Shown here: piece after piece, positions 19,861-27,930 of the stretch | Layout: each line of letters begins with the position of its first letter | How positions within the stretch are numbered: the first letter of the stretch is position 1 | Assembly: GCA_040225955.1 (NCBI GenBank) | Contig: JBECUL010000021.1 | Coordinates: forward strand, 1 to 34,656 | DNA length: 34,656 bases | Reading direction: 5' to 3' | Origin: Candidatus Asgardarchaeum abyssi | GTDB lineage: Archaea; Asgardarchaeota; Asgardarchaeia; Asgardarchaeales; Asgardarchaeaceae | Translations under genes and position numbers: made by a program | The notes under the pieces: model-generated | What the model saw: the letters and a program-made list of their open reading frames with translations, nothing else | Database searches by the model: none | Told to the model about the DNA's origin: nothing

Positions 19861-20214
19861 ATGCACTATCCTGGAGCATTAGAAAAAGAATTATTGAAAC
19901 ATATACCTAAGAAACCAGCTACTGAGATGTATCCCTTTGTTAAAGTAGAAGCTCCAGAGGGATATCGTGGGAAGATAGCATTTGACATACAGAAATGTAT
20001 TGGATGTAGCCTATGTGCTTTGAATTGCCCATCAGGAGCAATTGAAATGGTGAAGGACGATAGAACAAAGCTTAAGAAAAAACCAAAATTCTTTTATAGC
20101 AGATGTCTATTTTGTGGTCAGTGTGAAGAAGTCTGCCCACGAAAGGCTATTAAATTAACAAGAGAGTTTGAACTAGCAGACTATGACAAGGAAAAAATGG
20201 TAATTGATGTTTAA
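19861..20214 (+). CDS. nuoI: 2x[4Fe-4S] subunit I
   Basis: YP...YRG, CIGCSLCALNCP, CLFCGQCEEVCP. Confidence 0.95.
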   Translation: MHYPGALEKELLKHIPKKPATEMYPFVKVEAPEGYRGKIAFDIQKCIGCSLCALNCPSGAIEMVKDDRTKLKKKPKFFYSRCLFCGQCEEVCPRKAIKLTREFELADYDKEKMVIDV

Positions 20215-20384
20215 TCTCCTATTTAATAACACTTTATTTTTCTTCTTGCATACTGATAGTCAAATAAATCATCATTTTGTTATTTTTTATTAAAATGTTA
20301 TTTATTAAGCATGTTATATGTTTATCAATACAAAAAAGTATAGTATTATAGCTTAATAAGTACCGTGATGCACGGTGCATTATT

Positions 20385-21578
20385 ATGTATTATGATGTTA
20401 TTATTGTAGGTGCTGGACCTGCTGGGTCGTCATTAGCTTATCTTCTACAAAGAAAAGGTGTTAAAGTACTTCTATTGGACAAGTGTCAATTCCCAAGAGA
20501 TAAGCCATGTGGAGGAGGTATTACATATAGGGCCTATAGTCTTTTAGAAAATCTTGGAATGAAACTTTCTGACGAAATAATTCTTGATAAAACAAAGTCT
20601 GTATTTTTGAAGCATATAGACGGACCTGAAGTTGTATTATCTCAAGAAAATGATGTAGTGTATATGTCTTGTAGAATTTTATTAGATAACTTCCTTCTAA
20701 GTTGTGCAATAAATGAGGGTGTTAGTTTTAGAGAGAAAGAAGCAATAAAGAGTATTAAAAGAAGTGAAAACTATGTTAAAGTAGCAACTAAAAGTGGTAA
20801 TATTTTTAAAAGTAGAATTTTAGTTGGAGCAGACGGTGCATTAGGAAAAGTTGCAAAGCTTGCAGGTATTAGAAAAACCTGGGAAAAAAACAGTTTTGGC
20901 TTTGCGTTTGTTTATGAAACGGAGCTAAATAAACAAGAAATTAAAAAGTTAGCTGGTGAATATAAACTACATATGTATTTTGGATTTGTTAAGCATGGAT
21001 ATGGTTGGATTTTTGTAAAAGGAAATGTAATTAACATAGGAATAGGGGCATTTATACATATGGCATCAAATATTAAGGAGAAGCTTAATCGTTTTCTCAA
21101 ATACATAAAATTTCCTAATTTTGATTATTCAAAATTAGGAGGATCTATACTTCCTGTCGGGGGTTTAAAACGTAAAATAGTTAGCGATAATATTGTGTTA
21201 ATAGGGGATGCTGCTGGCGTTGTAGATCCTATTACAGGAGAAGGTATATATCCATCTATAAAAAGCTCTGAGATTGCCTCTTCTGTGATAATAGGTGCTT
21301 TAAATGAAAGCAATTTTTCAAAAAGATATCTTTCAAAATACGAAAAAATATTGTGGGAAGAAGTGCTTCATGACCAAAAGATAGCATTTTCATTCGCGAG
21401 ATATTTTTATAGTTATTCTAAGTCAGTTGTTGAGTCATTCTCCAATAACTTGCGTTATGGCAAGGATCTTCTGGATTTAGTTGCTGGGAAGAAACGATAC
21501 CAGGATTTAAAATCTTACTTTGTTAAACTCCCCCTAATGATTAGCATGTCAAAATTATTATTTAAGAAAAAATTTTGA
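20385..21578 (+). CDS. Geranylgeranyl reductase family flavoprotein
   Basis: VGAGPAG, PRDKPCGGG, GADG, YGWIF, GDAAG.VDPITGEGI. Confidence 0.9.
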   Translation: MYYDVIIVGAGPAGSSLAYLLQRKGVKVLLLDKCQFPRDKPCGGGITYRAYSLLENLGMKLSDEIILDKTKSVFLKHIDGPEVVLSQENDVVYMSCRILLDNFLLSCAINEGVSFREKEAIKSIKRSENYVKVATKSGNIFKSRILVGADGALGKVAKLAGIRKTWEKNSFGFAFVYETELNKQEIKKLAGEYKLHMYFGFVKHGYGWIFVKGNVINIGIGAFIHMASNIKEKLNRFLKYIKFPNFDYSKLGGSILPVGGLKRKIVSDNIVLIGDAAGVVDPITGEGIYPSIKSSEIASSVIIGALNESNFSKRYLSKYEKILWEEVLHDQKIAFSFARYFYSYSKSVVESFSNNLRYGKDLLDLVAGKKRYQDLKSYFVKLPLMISMSKLLFKKKF

Positions 21579-21680
21579 AAAGAAAGAGAAATAAGAGCGC
21601 ATGCAAAAATTAAGAAATTTTGATTTTTTGAATGATAAAAAAGATTTGTTATCGAGAAGAGTCATATTGGCTCTGAGAAT

Positions 21681-21703
21681 TCATGAATAAAATTTATTCA
21701 TGA
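21681..21703. promoter_or_regulatory. 23-bp palindrome (candidate operator) upstream of the proline dehydrogenase operon
   Basis: TCATGAATAAA-A-TTTATTCATGA: perfect 11-bp arms, ~50 bp upstream of the TTTTATATA box. Confidence 0.55.
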
Positions 21704-21812
21704 TAAAATTTTACTTTCAATAAACATTTTTCAACAATTTTTTATTATCAATTTTATATATTTTGTTTTGAAATAATTTATTCTGTCGAACAATTGTGGT
21801 AGATGATGTTGC

Positions 21813-23411
21813 ATGGGTCGAGCTGACTTACGACTTACTGAACATCCGATTCTCAAATTTGAAAGAGGAAAACCAATAACATTCTACTACAATGGAAAAA
21901 AGATGATCGCTTATGAGGGTGAACCAATTGCAATGGCATTATATGCAAATGGAGTGAAGATTTTAACTCGCAGCTTAAAATATCATAGGCCACGTGGTAT
22001 GTTCTGTGCTATCGGAAAATGCTCATCATGCATCATGACAGTTGACGGAATTCCAAATGTTAGAACCTGCATTATCCCTGTTCGCGAAGGAATGGATGTC
22101 CGCTCTCAAAATGCTTGGCCGTCCGTTGAGCATGATATTTATAGCATTTTGGATCATTTTGACTTAAGCTCAGATGCTTGTACTAGAAAATTTCTAAGAC
22201 CTCGCTTTTTATATAATTTCTATCAGAAAATTATTAGAAAATTCACTGGTCATGGAAAGTATCCTCTAGGAAAAGCTAAAAGAAAAGAAATACCTGAAAA
22301 AGGCCCCGAAACTATCGAAGCAGATATAGTAATTATTGGTGGAGGACCTGCTGGTCTTTCTGCGGCTCTTAGTGCAGCAAAAGCTGGATTTAGTATACTC
22401 ATAATTGATGAAGGAATTCGCCTTGGAGGCCAATTGGTAAAGCAGACACATAAATTCTTTGGTTCAGCTAAGCATCACGCTGGAGTTAGAGGTTTTATAA
22501 TAGCTGAACAGCTAACAGAGGAATTGAAGAAGTATGATAACATTAAAGTCTACCTTCAGTCTTCAGTCGTTGGCATATTTGAAGGTAACATTCTTAGTGT
22601 TGTAAGAGAGCAAAGAGAGTACTTCAAGGTTAAGGCTAAGAAAATTATAGTTGCTACTGGTGCTTATGAAAGAATGCTAGTTTTCGAAAATAATGATCTT
22701 CCTGGTATAATGGGTGCTGGTGGTGTCCAAACGGTAATGAACGTATATGGAATAAAACCAGGAAATGAGGCAGTGATAGTCGGCGCTGGAAATGTAGGTC
22801 TTATATTAGCATATCAATTATTGCAAGTGGGTGTTAAAGTGAAAGCAATAGTCGAAGCTATGCCGCATATTGGTGGATATTTTGTGCATGCAGCAAAAAT
22901 AAGAAGATACGGTGTTCCAATCCTGACAAGACATACAGTTAAAAAGGCTATAGGTAAAAAGCATCTAGAAAAAGTTGTAATTGTTAAGCTTAATGACAAG
23001 TGGCAACCAATTCCTGGAACTGAAAAAGAGATAAAGTGCGACTTACTGTGCATAAACATAGGTCTTAAACCATCATATGAATTACTGAAAATGGCTGGTT
23101 GTGAAATGAGATATGTGAAAGAACTTGGAGGTTTTGTTGCATTAAGAAATAAATATCTTGAGACCACAGTCCCCGGAATATATGTTGCAGGCGATGTTTC
23201 TGGAATTGAAGAAGCAAGTACCGCAATTATGGAAGGACGAATTGTAGGGATTAGTGCAGCATTAAGTCTTGGTGTAACGGATAAAAAAATAGAAGAAGAG
23301 CTTATCAAAGAGCGTGAAGAAACAATGAAAGATCTTGCTGAGTTCAGATCTGGACCAACAAGTGCAAAAGTTGTTGCAGGCTTAAAAAAGGTCATGATAG
23401 GTGAGGCGTGA
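21813..23411 (+). CDS. Dye-linked L-proline dehydrogenase / sarcosine oxidase-like alpha subunit (2Fe-2S + FAD/NAD domain)
   Basis: RPRGMFCAIGKCSSC...RTC, GGGPAG, LGGQLVKQTHKFFG, GAGNVG, YVAGD. Confidence 0.9.
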   Translation: MGRADLRLTEHPILKFERGKPITFYYNGKKMIAYEGEPIAMALYANGVKILTRSLKYHRPRGMFCAIGKCSSCIMTVDGIPNVRTCIIPVREGMDVRSQNAWPSVEHDIYSILDHFDLSSDACTRKFLRPRFLYNFYQKIIRKFTGHGKYPLGKAKRKEIPEKGPETIEADIVIIGGGPAGLSAALSAAKAGFSILIIDEGIRLGGQLVKQTHKFFGSAKHHAGVRGFIIAEQLTEELKKYDNIKVYLQSSVVGIFEGNILSVVREQREYFKVKAKKIIVATGAYERMLVFENNDLPGIMGAGGVQTVMNVYGIKPGNEAVIVGAGNVGLILAYQLLQVGVKVKAIVEAMPHIGGYFVHAAKIRRYGVPILTRHTVKKAIGKKHLEKVVIVKLNDKWQPIPGTEKEIKCDLLCINIGLKPSYELLKMAGCEMRYVKELGGFVALRNKYLETTVPGIYVAGDVSGIEEASTAIMEGRIVGISAALSLGVTDKKIEEELIKEREETMKDLAEFRSGPTSAKVVAGLKKVMIGEA

Positions 23412-23911
23412 TGAGCGGGGAAAAAGGTGATTTTAGATCAAGAGGTTATATACTTGAAGAGGAAATAATAGATATCCCGACAATAGAACACATGAAAAAA
23501 GGCCCAGTTCCAATTATAGAGGATCCAGAAGAAATACCATGTGATGCATGTGCGTATTACTGCCCATCTGGTGCGATTACTATGGAGACTTTAGTTTCTA
23601 TACCACGAGTAAATTATGATAAATGTATTCATTGCACAATATGTGTGCAAGTATGCCCTGGGCTTGCTATATTCTTAGTTGATAAATCTAAATCCCCTGA
23701 AAATAAGACATGGGTTACAGTCCCTCATGAATTACTTCCAGTTCCCAAAAAAGGTGATCTAGTAAAAATTCTTGATAGAGTTGGCAACGTATTAGGCAAA
23801 GCACCTGTTGTTAGAATTTTGAAATCTCCAAAATCTGCTGGAACTTATCTTGTAACAGTTGAAGTGGACGATGAATTAGCAATGAAAGTTAGAGCCATTT
23901 TAGCCGAGTGA
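23411..23911 (+). CDS. Ferredoxin (gamma) subunit of the proline dehydrogenase complex
   Basis: IPCDACAYYCP and CIHCTICVQVCPGLAIF; TGATG overlap with alpha. Confidence 0.85.
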   Translation: MSGEKGDFRSRGYILEEEIIDIPTIEHMKKGPVPIIEDPEEIPCDACAYYCPSGAITMETLVSIPRVNYDKCIHCTICVQVCPGLAIFLVDKSKSPENKTWVTVPHELLPVPKKGDLVKILDRVGNVLGKAPVVRILKSPKSAGTYLVTVEVDDELAMKVRAILAE

Positions 23912-23921
23912 GGTGGGTGCT

Positions 23922-24206
23922 ATGGTAGTTCCTAAAAAGATAGTTTGTAGGTGCGAAGACATAACCGAAGAAGAAATTATAAGAGCAATAAAGCTGGGAT
24001 ATACAGATATGGAGTCATTAAAAAGATTTGTAGGATTCGCTACTGGATTCTGCCAAGGGAAAACATGCATGGACCTTGTTATGGGAATATTGGCTAGAGA
24101 AACTGGACAAAAAATAGAAGAGATATCCGCAACGGTAGCACGTCCTCCTGTAAACCCTGTGTATTTTAAGTTGCTGGTGGGTGAAAAAGATGAAGAGGAA
24201 GACTGA
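23922..24206 (+). CDS. BFD-like [2Fe-2S] (delta) subunit
   Basis: VCRCEDIT, GFCQGKTC, RPP; ATG after GAGGTG. Confidence 0.9.
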   Translation: MVVPKKIVCRCEDITEEEIIRAIKLGYTDMESLKRFVGFATGFCQGKTCMDLVMGILARETGQKIEEISATVARPPVNPVYFKLLVGEKDEEED

Positions 24207-25332
24207 GGTTGTTATAATAGGTGCTGGAGTTACTGGACTTGGTATAGCATACCAACTTGCAAAGCGAGGATTTAAAGACGTTATAGTAATAGAGCAACGG
24301 TATCCAAGTTTCGGAGCATCTGGTAGAAATGCGGGTGGTGTTAGACAGCAATGGGATACAGAGGAAAACATAATTCTTGCCAGAGAAAGTGTAAAGATGT
24401 TTAAAAAACTTCCACAGGAACTCGACTGGAACTTCTTTTTCAGGCAAACAGGTTATTTAATTCTTGCTTTTACAGAAGAGGAGGTTAAAAAATATAAAGA
24501 AAATATAAAGTTGCAAAATAAGCTAGGTGTGCCAAGTAGATGGGTATCTCCAGAGAAAGCTAAAGAGATAGCTCCTGTTATTGATGAAAGTAAAATATTA
24601 GGTGCAGCCTATAATCCAACAGACGGTGTATTACATCCTATAAGACTAGTCTATGGTTATTGGAAGAAAGTTAAAGAAATGGGTATTAATGTTTACATTT
24701 ATACTAAAGTTACTGGGATAAAAGTGGAAAATGGAAAGATAAAAGGTGTTATTACAGATAAAGGTGAAATTGAAGCGGGAATCGTTGTTAATGCAGCTGG
24801 AGCATTCTCTAGATATGTTGCCGAAATGGCTGGTGTCGAATTGCCAAATCAGCCATATAGGCGTGAAATAATGGTAACTGAGACTCTTAAACCTATTATC
24901 AACCCCATGATAATCTCATTTCATCATGGATTGTATATCACACAAACAAACAACGGTGAAATAATTGGTGGAATGGGTAATCCTTATGAAAAACCTGGAA
25001 TAAACTTTAAATCATCCCCTGACTTTTTGGAGAGATTTGCTAGAGTAGCAGTTCAAGTACTACCTGACCTACGATATGTAAAAGTTCTAAGACAATGGGC
25101 TGGATGCTATGATATTACCCCCGACCATAGACCTATACTTGGAGAAGTTGATGAGGTTGAAGGATTTATACAAGCAAATGGATATAGTGGCCACGGTGTT
25201 ATGATATCACCTATGGTTTCTAAACTGATTGCAGAGTTAATTGTTGAGGGAAAAACAAGTATCCCAATTGATTCATTAAACCTAAGAAGATTCAAAGAAG
25301 GAGAAGTAAAAATGGAACATATGGTAGTTTGA
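24190..25332 (+). CDS. FAD-dependent amino-acid dehydrogenase beta subunit (DAO/sarcosine oxidase beta family)
   Basis: IGAGVTG, GASGRNAGGVR, RQWAGCYDITPD, GYSGHG. Confidence 0.92.
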   Translation: MKRKTEVVIIGAGVTGLGIAYQLAKRGFKDVIVIEQRYPSFGASGRNAGGVRQQWDTEENIILARESVKMFKKLPQELDWNFFFRQTGYLILAFTEEEVKKYKENIKLQNKLGVPSRWVSPEKAKEIAPVIDESKILGAAYNPTDGVLHPIRLVYGYWKKVKEMGINVYIYTKVTGIKVENGKIKGVITDKGEIEAGIVVNAAGAFSRYVAEMAGVELPNQPYRREIMVTETLKPIINPMIISFHHGLYITQTNNGEIIGGMGNPYEKPGINFKSSPDFLERFARVAVQVLPDLRYVKVLRQWAGCYDITPDHRPILGEVDEVEGFIQANGYSGHGVMISPMVSKLIAELIVEGKTSIPIDSLNLRRFKEGEVKMEHMVV

Positions 25333-25339
25333 TGCGACA

Positions 25340-25828
25340 TTACTCAACTTTTATGTCAAAACCGCCTTCCTCTTCTTTCTCTATTTTTGGTAATTTGATT
25401 TCAAGTACGCCATTATTATACTTTGCTGTTATTCCGCTTTTGTCTACCTCACAAGGTAATGTTATCCTTCTATAGAATTTTGCTATTCCACGCTCTCTTC
25501 GTACAATGTTCTTGTCCTTTAGTTCTTCCTCAAATTTTGATTCGGCTTTTACAACTAATGTTCTATTATCTAAAAGCTTTACCTTAATATCTTCTTTGCG
25601 AATACCGGGGATTTCCATTGTTACGTAAACGTAGTCTTTATCCTCATAAACATCCGTAAGGGGCTCAATATATCTTTCTTCCTCAATCTTTTCAGGATAC
25701 TCTGGATAGTAATATCCCATCAATGAATTAATCATTCGCTCCAATTCTTTTTGAATCTTTATAATATCATCAAATATAATCGAGATAAATGTTCTAGGTC
25801 TTCTTCTCCACACAATGTATCCCTCCAT
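25340..25828 (-). CDS. hsp20: Small heat shock protein Hsp20
   Basis: EPLTDVYE, EIPG, FYRRITLP, AKYNNGVLEIKLPK, C-terminal IKV motif. Confidence 0.95.
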   Translation of the reverse strand: MEGYIVWRRRPRTFISIIFDDIIKIQKELERMINSLMGYYYPEYPEKIEEERYIEPLTDVYEDKDYVYVTMEIPGIRKEDIKVKLLDNRTLVVKAESKFEEELKDKNIVRRERGIAKFYRRITLPCEVDKSGITAKYNNGVLEIKLPKIEKEEEGGFDIKVE

Positions 25829-25829
25829 T

Positions 25830-25884
25830 TAATCACATTTTGTGACTATTTTATTTTTAAAAATTCTGATATAAAAATTTTTCT
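25830..25884 (-). promoter_or_regulatory. hsp20 promoter (BRE/TATA) and SD-overlapping inverted repeat
   Basis: Minus strand GAAAAATTTTTATAT, then TAGTCACA-AAA-TGTGATTA immediately before ATG. Confidence 0.55.
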
Positions 25885-25891
25885 AAAATCA

Positions 25892-26040
25892 CAGTACTTC
25901 CGCACTAAACTTCCGCACTAATTAGGTGAAAAATCCGTATTGGTGCGAAAAATTATTTTTATTAGGATTTCGAAATTTCGAGGACTGGCGAATCTTGGTG
26001 CCTAGAAGCGTATTCATTTCGAAATAGTGCGGAAGTACTA
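25892..26040. mobile_element. MITE (~149 bp) with 15-bp terminal inverted repeats
   Basis: AGTACTTCCGCACTA (25893-25907) / TAGTGCGGAAGTACT (26025-26039); flanking AAATC direct repeat (25886-25890, 26040-26044); homologous to 34420-34526 in reverse orientation. Confidence 0.85.
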
Positions 26041-26065
26041 AATCGGTTCTGCTAACTTATTGTTG

Positions 26066-26550
26066 GTATAACGTTCTGGGAATATGCAAAGTTTGCGTAG
26101 GCACTTGAAAAAGAGTTAGTGGAAAAGTAGCGGGAGTCATCTGCATTACCACAAGATTTATAGCATCATCCCACTACTTTCCAGCATATGCCCAACATCA
26201 ACACATCATTAATTAAGCAGAAGAATATTTAAAGATCATTAAACAAAAACTCGATAATAGTCAATACTGCTCCAGAATTGACTTTGGAAATTTCTGGTAT
26301 TTGGGAGAGATTATTGTTTTACTCTCCACAGTTGAACCCGGTTGAGGAGATTTGGAGGCAGTTGAAAAGGTGTTCATCGAACAAGTTATTTACGGCTTGA
26401 AGCCATAAGCGTGAGATATTGAACTTTTTCGAGGGAAGACGATATAGATTGAGATACAGATAGATATTATTTTTCTGAATGACTACGGAGCATAGCAGAG
26501 CAAATTTGGGCGTAGCCAAAGACGGAGCCACATATTCACCTATTAAGTGA
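26066..26550 (-). other. Disrupted attC-like site (two complementary arms)
   Basis: Minus strand TCACTTAAT-AGGTGAATATG...AAATTTGC (26550-26500) and GCAAACTT-TG-CATATTCCC-AGAAC-GTTATAC (26096-26066). Confidence 0.45.
26296..26485 (+). pseudogene. IS630-family transposase C-terminal remnant
   Basis: Frame from 26296 reads GIWERLLFYSPQLNPVEEIWRQLKR (YSP-x-LNP-x-E-x-x-W motif), then stops and frameshifts. Confidence 0.8.
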
Positions 26551-26607
26551 CCCGAAGGGGAAGGTGCGAAGCACCGCAGAATGTCCAAGCCCGCTCATTT
26601 TAAACTT

Positions 26608-27120
26608 TTATCGCTCGTCTTTATTTTCTCTCTTGCTATGTATATGCTTAATAATTCCGGCTATTAAATTTATTCTCGGAACTCTCTTCATATAATCCAT
26701 GTATACCTTGCCAAACTTTTCTATATTTCTCCTTTCTTCTTCTATTATGGCAAAACACAGCAGAACAATTAAGATTATACCAACAATCAAGCTGATCCAA
26801 TGCTGTGAAATAATAATCAGCGCAAAAATTATCAATATATGGCCCAAGAATTCAGGATGGCGAACAAAGGCATACATTCCACTTTCAACAAGAGCTCCCC
26901 TGCTAATATCTTCTTCTACACGCCCCTCCTTTCGTGATTTGCTTGACCACAATAGAAAAATAATTCCAAATGCTAAAATTATCCATCCTGCATATAATAA
27001 TATCGCTAAATTAGCAGAATTGTAAAGAAAAATGGTAGATATTATCAGTACTCCATATAAAATAATATATACTATGTGACCAATTAAGTGACCAATACTT
27101 TTCTTATGCATAATTTTCAT
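26608..27120 (-). CDS. Isoprenylcysteine carboxyl methyltransferase / PEMT-like membrane methyltransferase
   Basis: LVESGMYAFVRHP, EEE...FG..Y..Y...VPR; AGAAGGA SD. Confidence 0.88.
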   Translation of the reverse strand: MKIMHKKSIGHLIGHIVYIILYGVLIISTIFLYNSANLAILLYAGWIILAFGIIFLLWSSKSRKEGRVEEDISRGALVESGMYAFVRHPEFLGHILIIFALIIISQHWISLIVGIILIVLLCFAIIEEERRNIEKFGKVYMDYMKRVPRINLIAGIIKHIHSKRENKDER

Positions 27121-27391
27121 TCCTTCTGGTTTTTAATTTTGTGGGCTTGGGCATTTCACTTAATGATTATTTCACGCACTTTTTATTCGCATAACTTTCA
27201 AATCGGAAGTTAAAACGAACTTTAATAAAGTTAAATTTTATACATTTTTATGGACTTGGATATTAAAAGCTTACGCAACAGGAACGATATGAGTCGATGG
27301 GTAAAATCGTAGAAGAAATAAAGCTTAGAAAGTATTCTACTGGTACATTTGAAATTAGGCTGTTTCATAAAATAGCTATCATTAAAAAGAT

Positions 27392-27437
27392 GAAAAACTT
27401 TAAAATTAATGGATTATATTAAAAATGTGCATATGCA
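27392..27437 (+). promoter_or_regulatory. Promoter and TGCATATGCA palindrome of the NifX-like/ATPase operon
   Basis: GAAAAAC-TTTAAAAT at 27392-27406; TGCATATGCA at 27428-27437 lies between the TATA box and the GAGGTG SD. Confidence 0.55.
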
Positions 27438-27455
27438 AAAAAGAGGTGTTACATT

Positions 27456-27893
27456 ATGAAGATAGCGTTAAGTACCCTACCACCAGGTGGCCTTACTGCG
27501 GTTGTAAACCCACAGTTCGGAAGGACTCCCCTCTTTACAATTGTGGATGTTGATGAGAATGGAAAAATCATAGATGTTAAAGTAATTCAAAATCCAGGAA
27601 CACAAGCTATGCATGGTGCTGGGCCACTAGCAGCTCAAACAATCGCTCGAGAGGGTGTAAATGTTGTAATATCTGGAAACTTTGGCCCTAATGCTTTTCA
27701 AGCATTAGCTAACTTTGGAATCTCCGCATATATGGTTCCTCCTAATATTACTGTTAAAGATGCAATTACAATGTTTCTTTCTGGTCAATTACCTCCTGCA
27801 ACTAGTGCTGGACCGGGACGTGGTCGAGGTTTTGGCAGAGGAATGGGTATGGGTCGTGGTCGAGGTATGGGTCGAGGATGGCAATCTTGGTAA
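27456..27893 (+). CDS. NifB/NifX-family (MTH1175-like) protein with Gly/Arg-rich tail
   Basis: FGR.P.F.IVD, NP...GAG, GNFGPNA; tail GPGRGRGFGRGMGMGRGRGMGRGW. Confidence 0.9.
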   Translation: MKIALSTLPPGGLTAVVNPQFGRTPLFTIVDVDENGKIIDVKVIQNPGTQAMHGAGPLAAQTIAREGVNVVISGNFGPNAFQALANFGISAYMVPPNITVKDAITMFLSGQLPPATSAGPGRGRGFGRGMGMGRGRGMGRGWQSW

Positions 27894-27930
27894 AGATATG
27901 ACTTCTCGATGTTGCTAAGGAGATGTCTTA

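Noticed and set aside
22814-23395. 193-aa antisense ORF (and other short shadow ORFs in the track)
   Set aside because: Fully overlaps well-supported genes; shadow of codon bias, with no SD or motifs.
25892-25921. Repeated ACTTCCGCACTAA as a CRISPR remnant
   Set aside because: Adjacent 13-bp duplication with no spacer; part of the MITE terminus.
26100-26295. Minus-strand fragments resembling a membrane-protein remnant
   Set aside because: All frames are interrupted and too short to assign.
26319-26588. 89-aa minus-strand ORF
   Set aside because: Antisense to the IS630 remnant and the attC-like arm; no protein-like features.
27297-27422. 41-aa ORF MGKIVEEIKLRKYSTG..., possibly a gene remnant
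   Set aside because: No catalytic motif or clear SD and it overlaps the downstream promoter; cannot be supported without a search.
27814-27880. GGTCGAGG-type short repeats as a DNA repeat array
   Set aside because: Explained by the encoded Gly/Arg/Met low-complexity tail.
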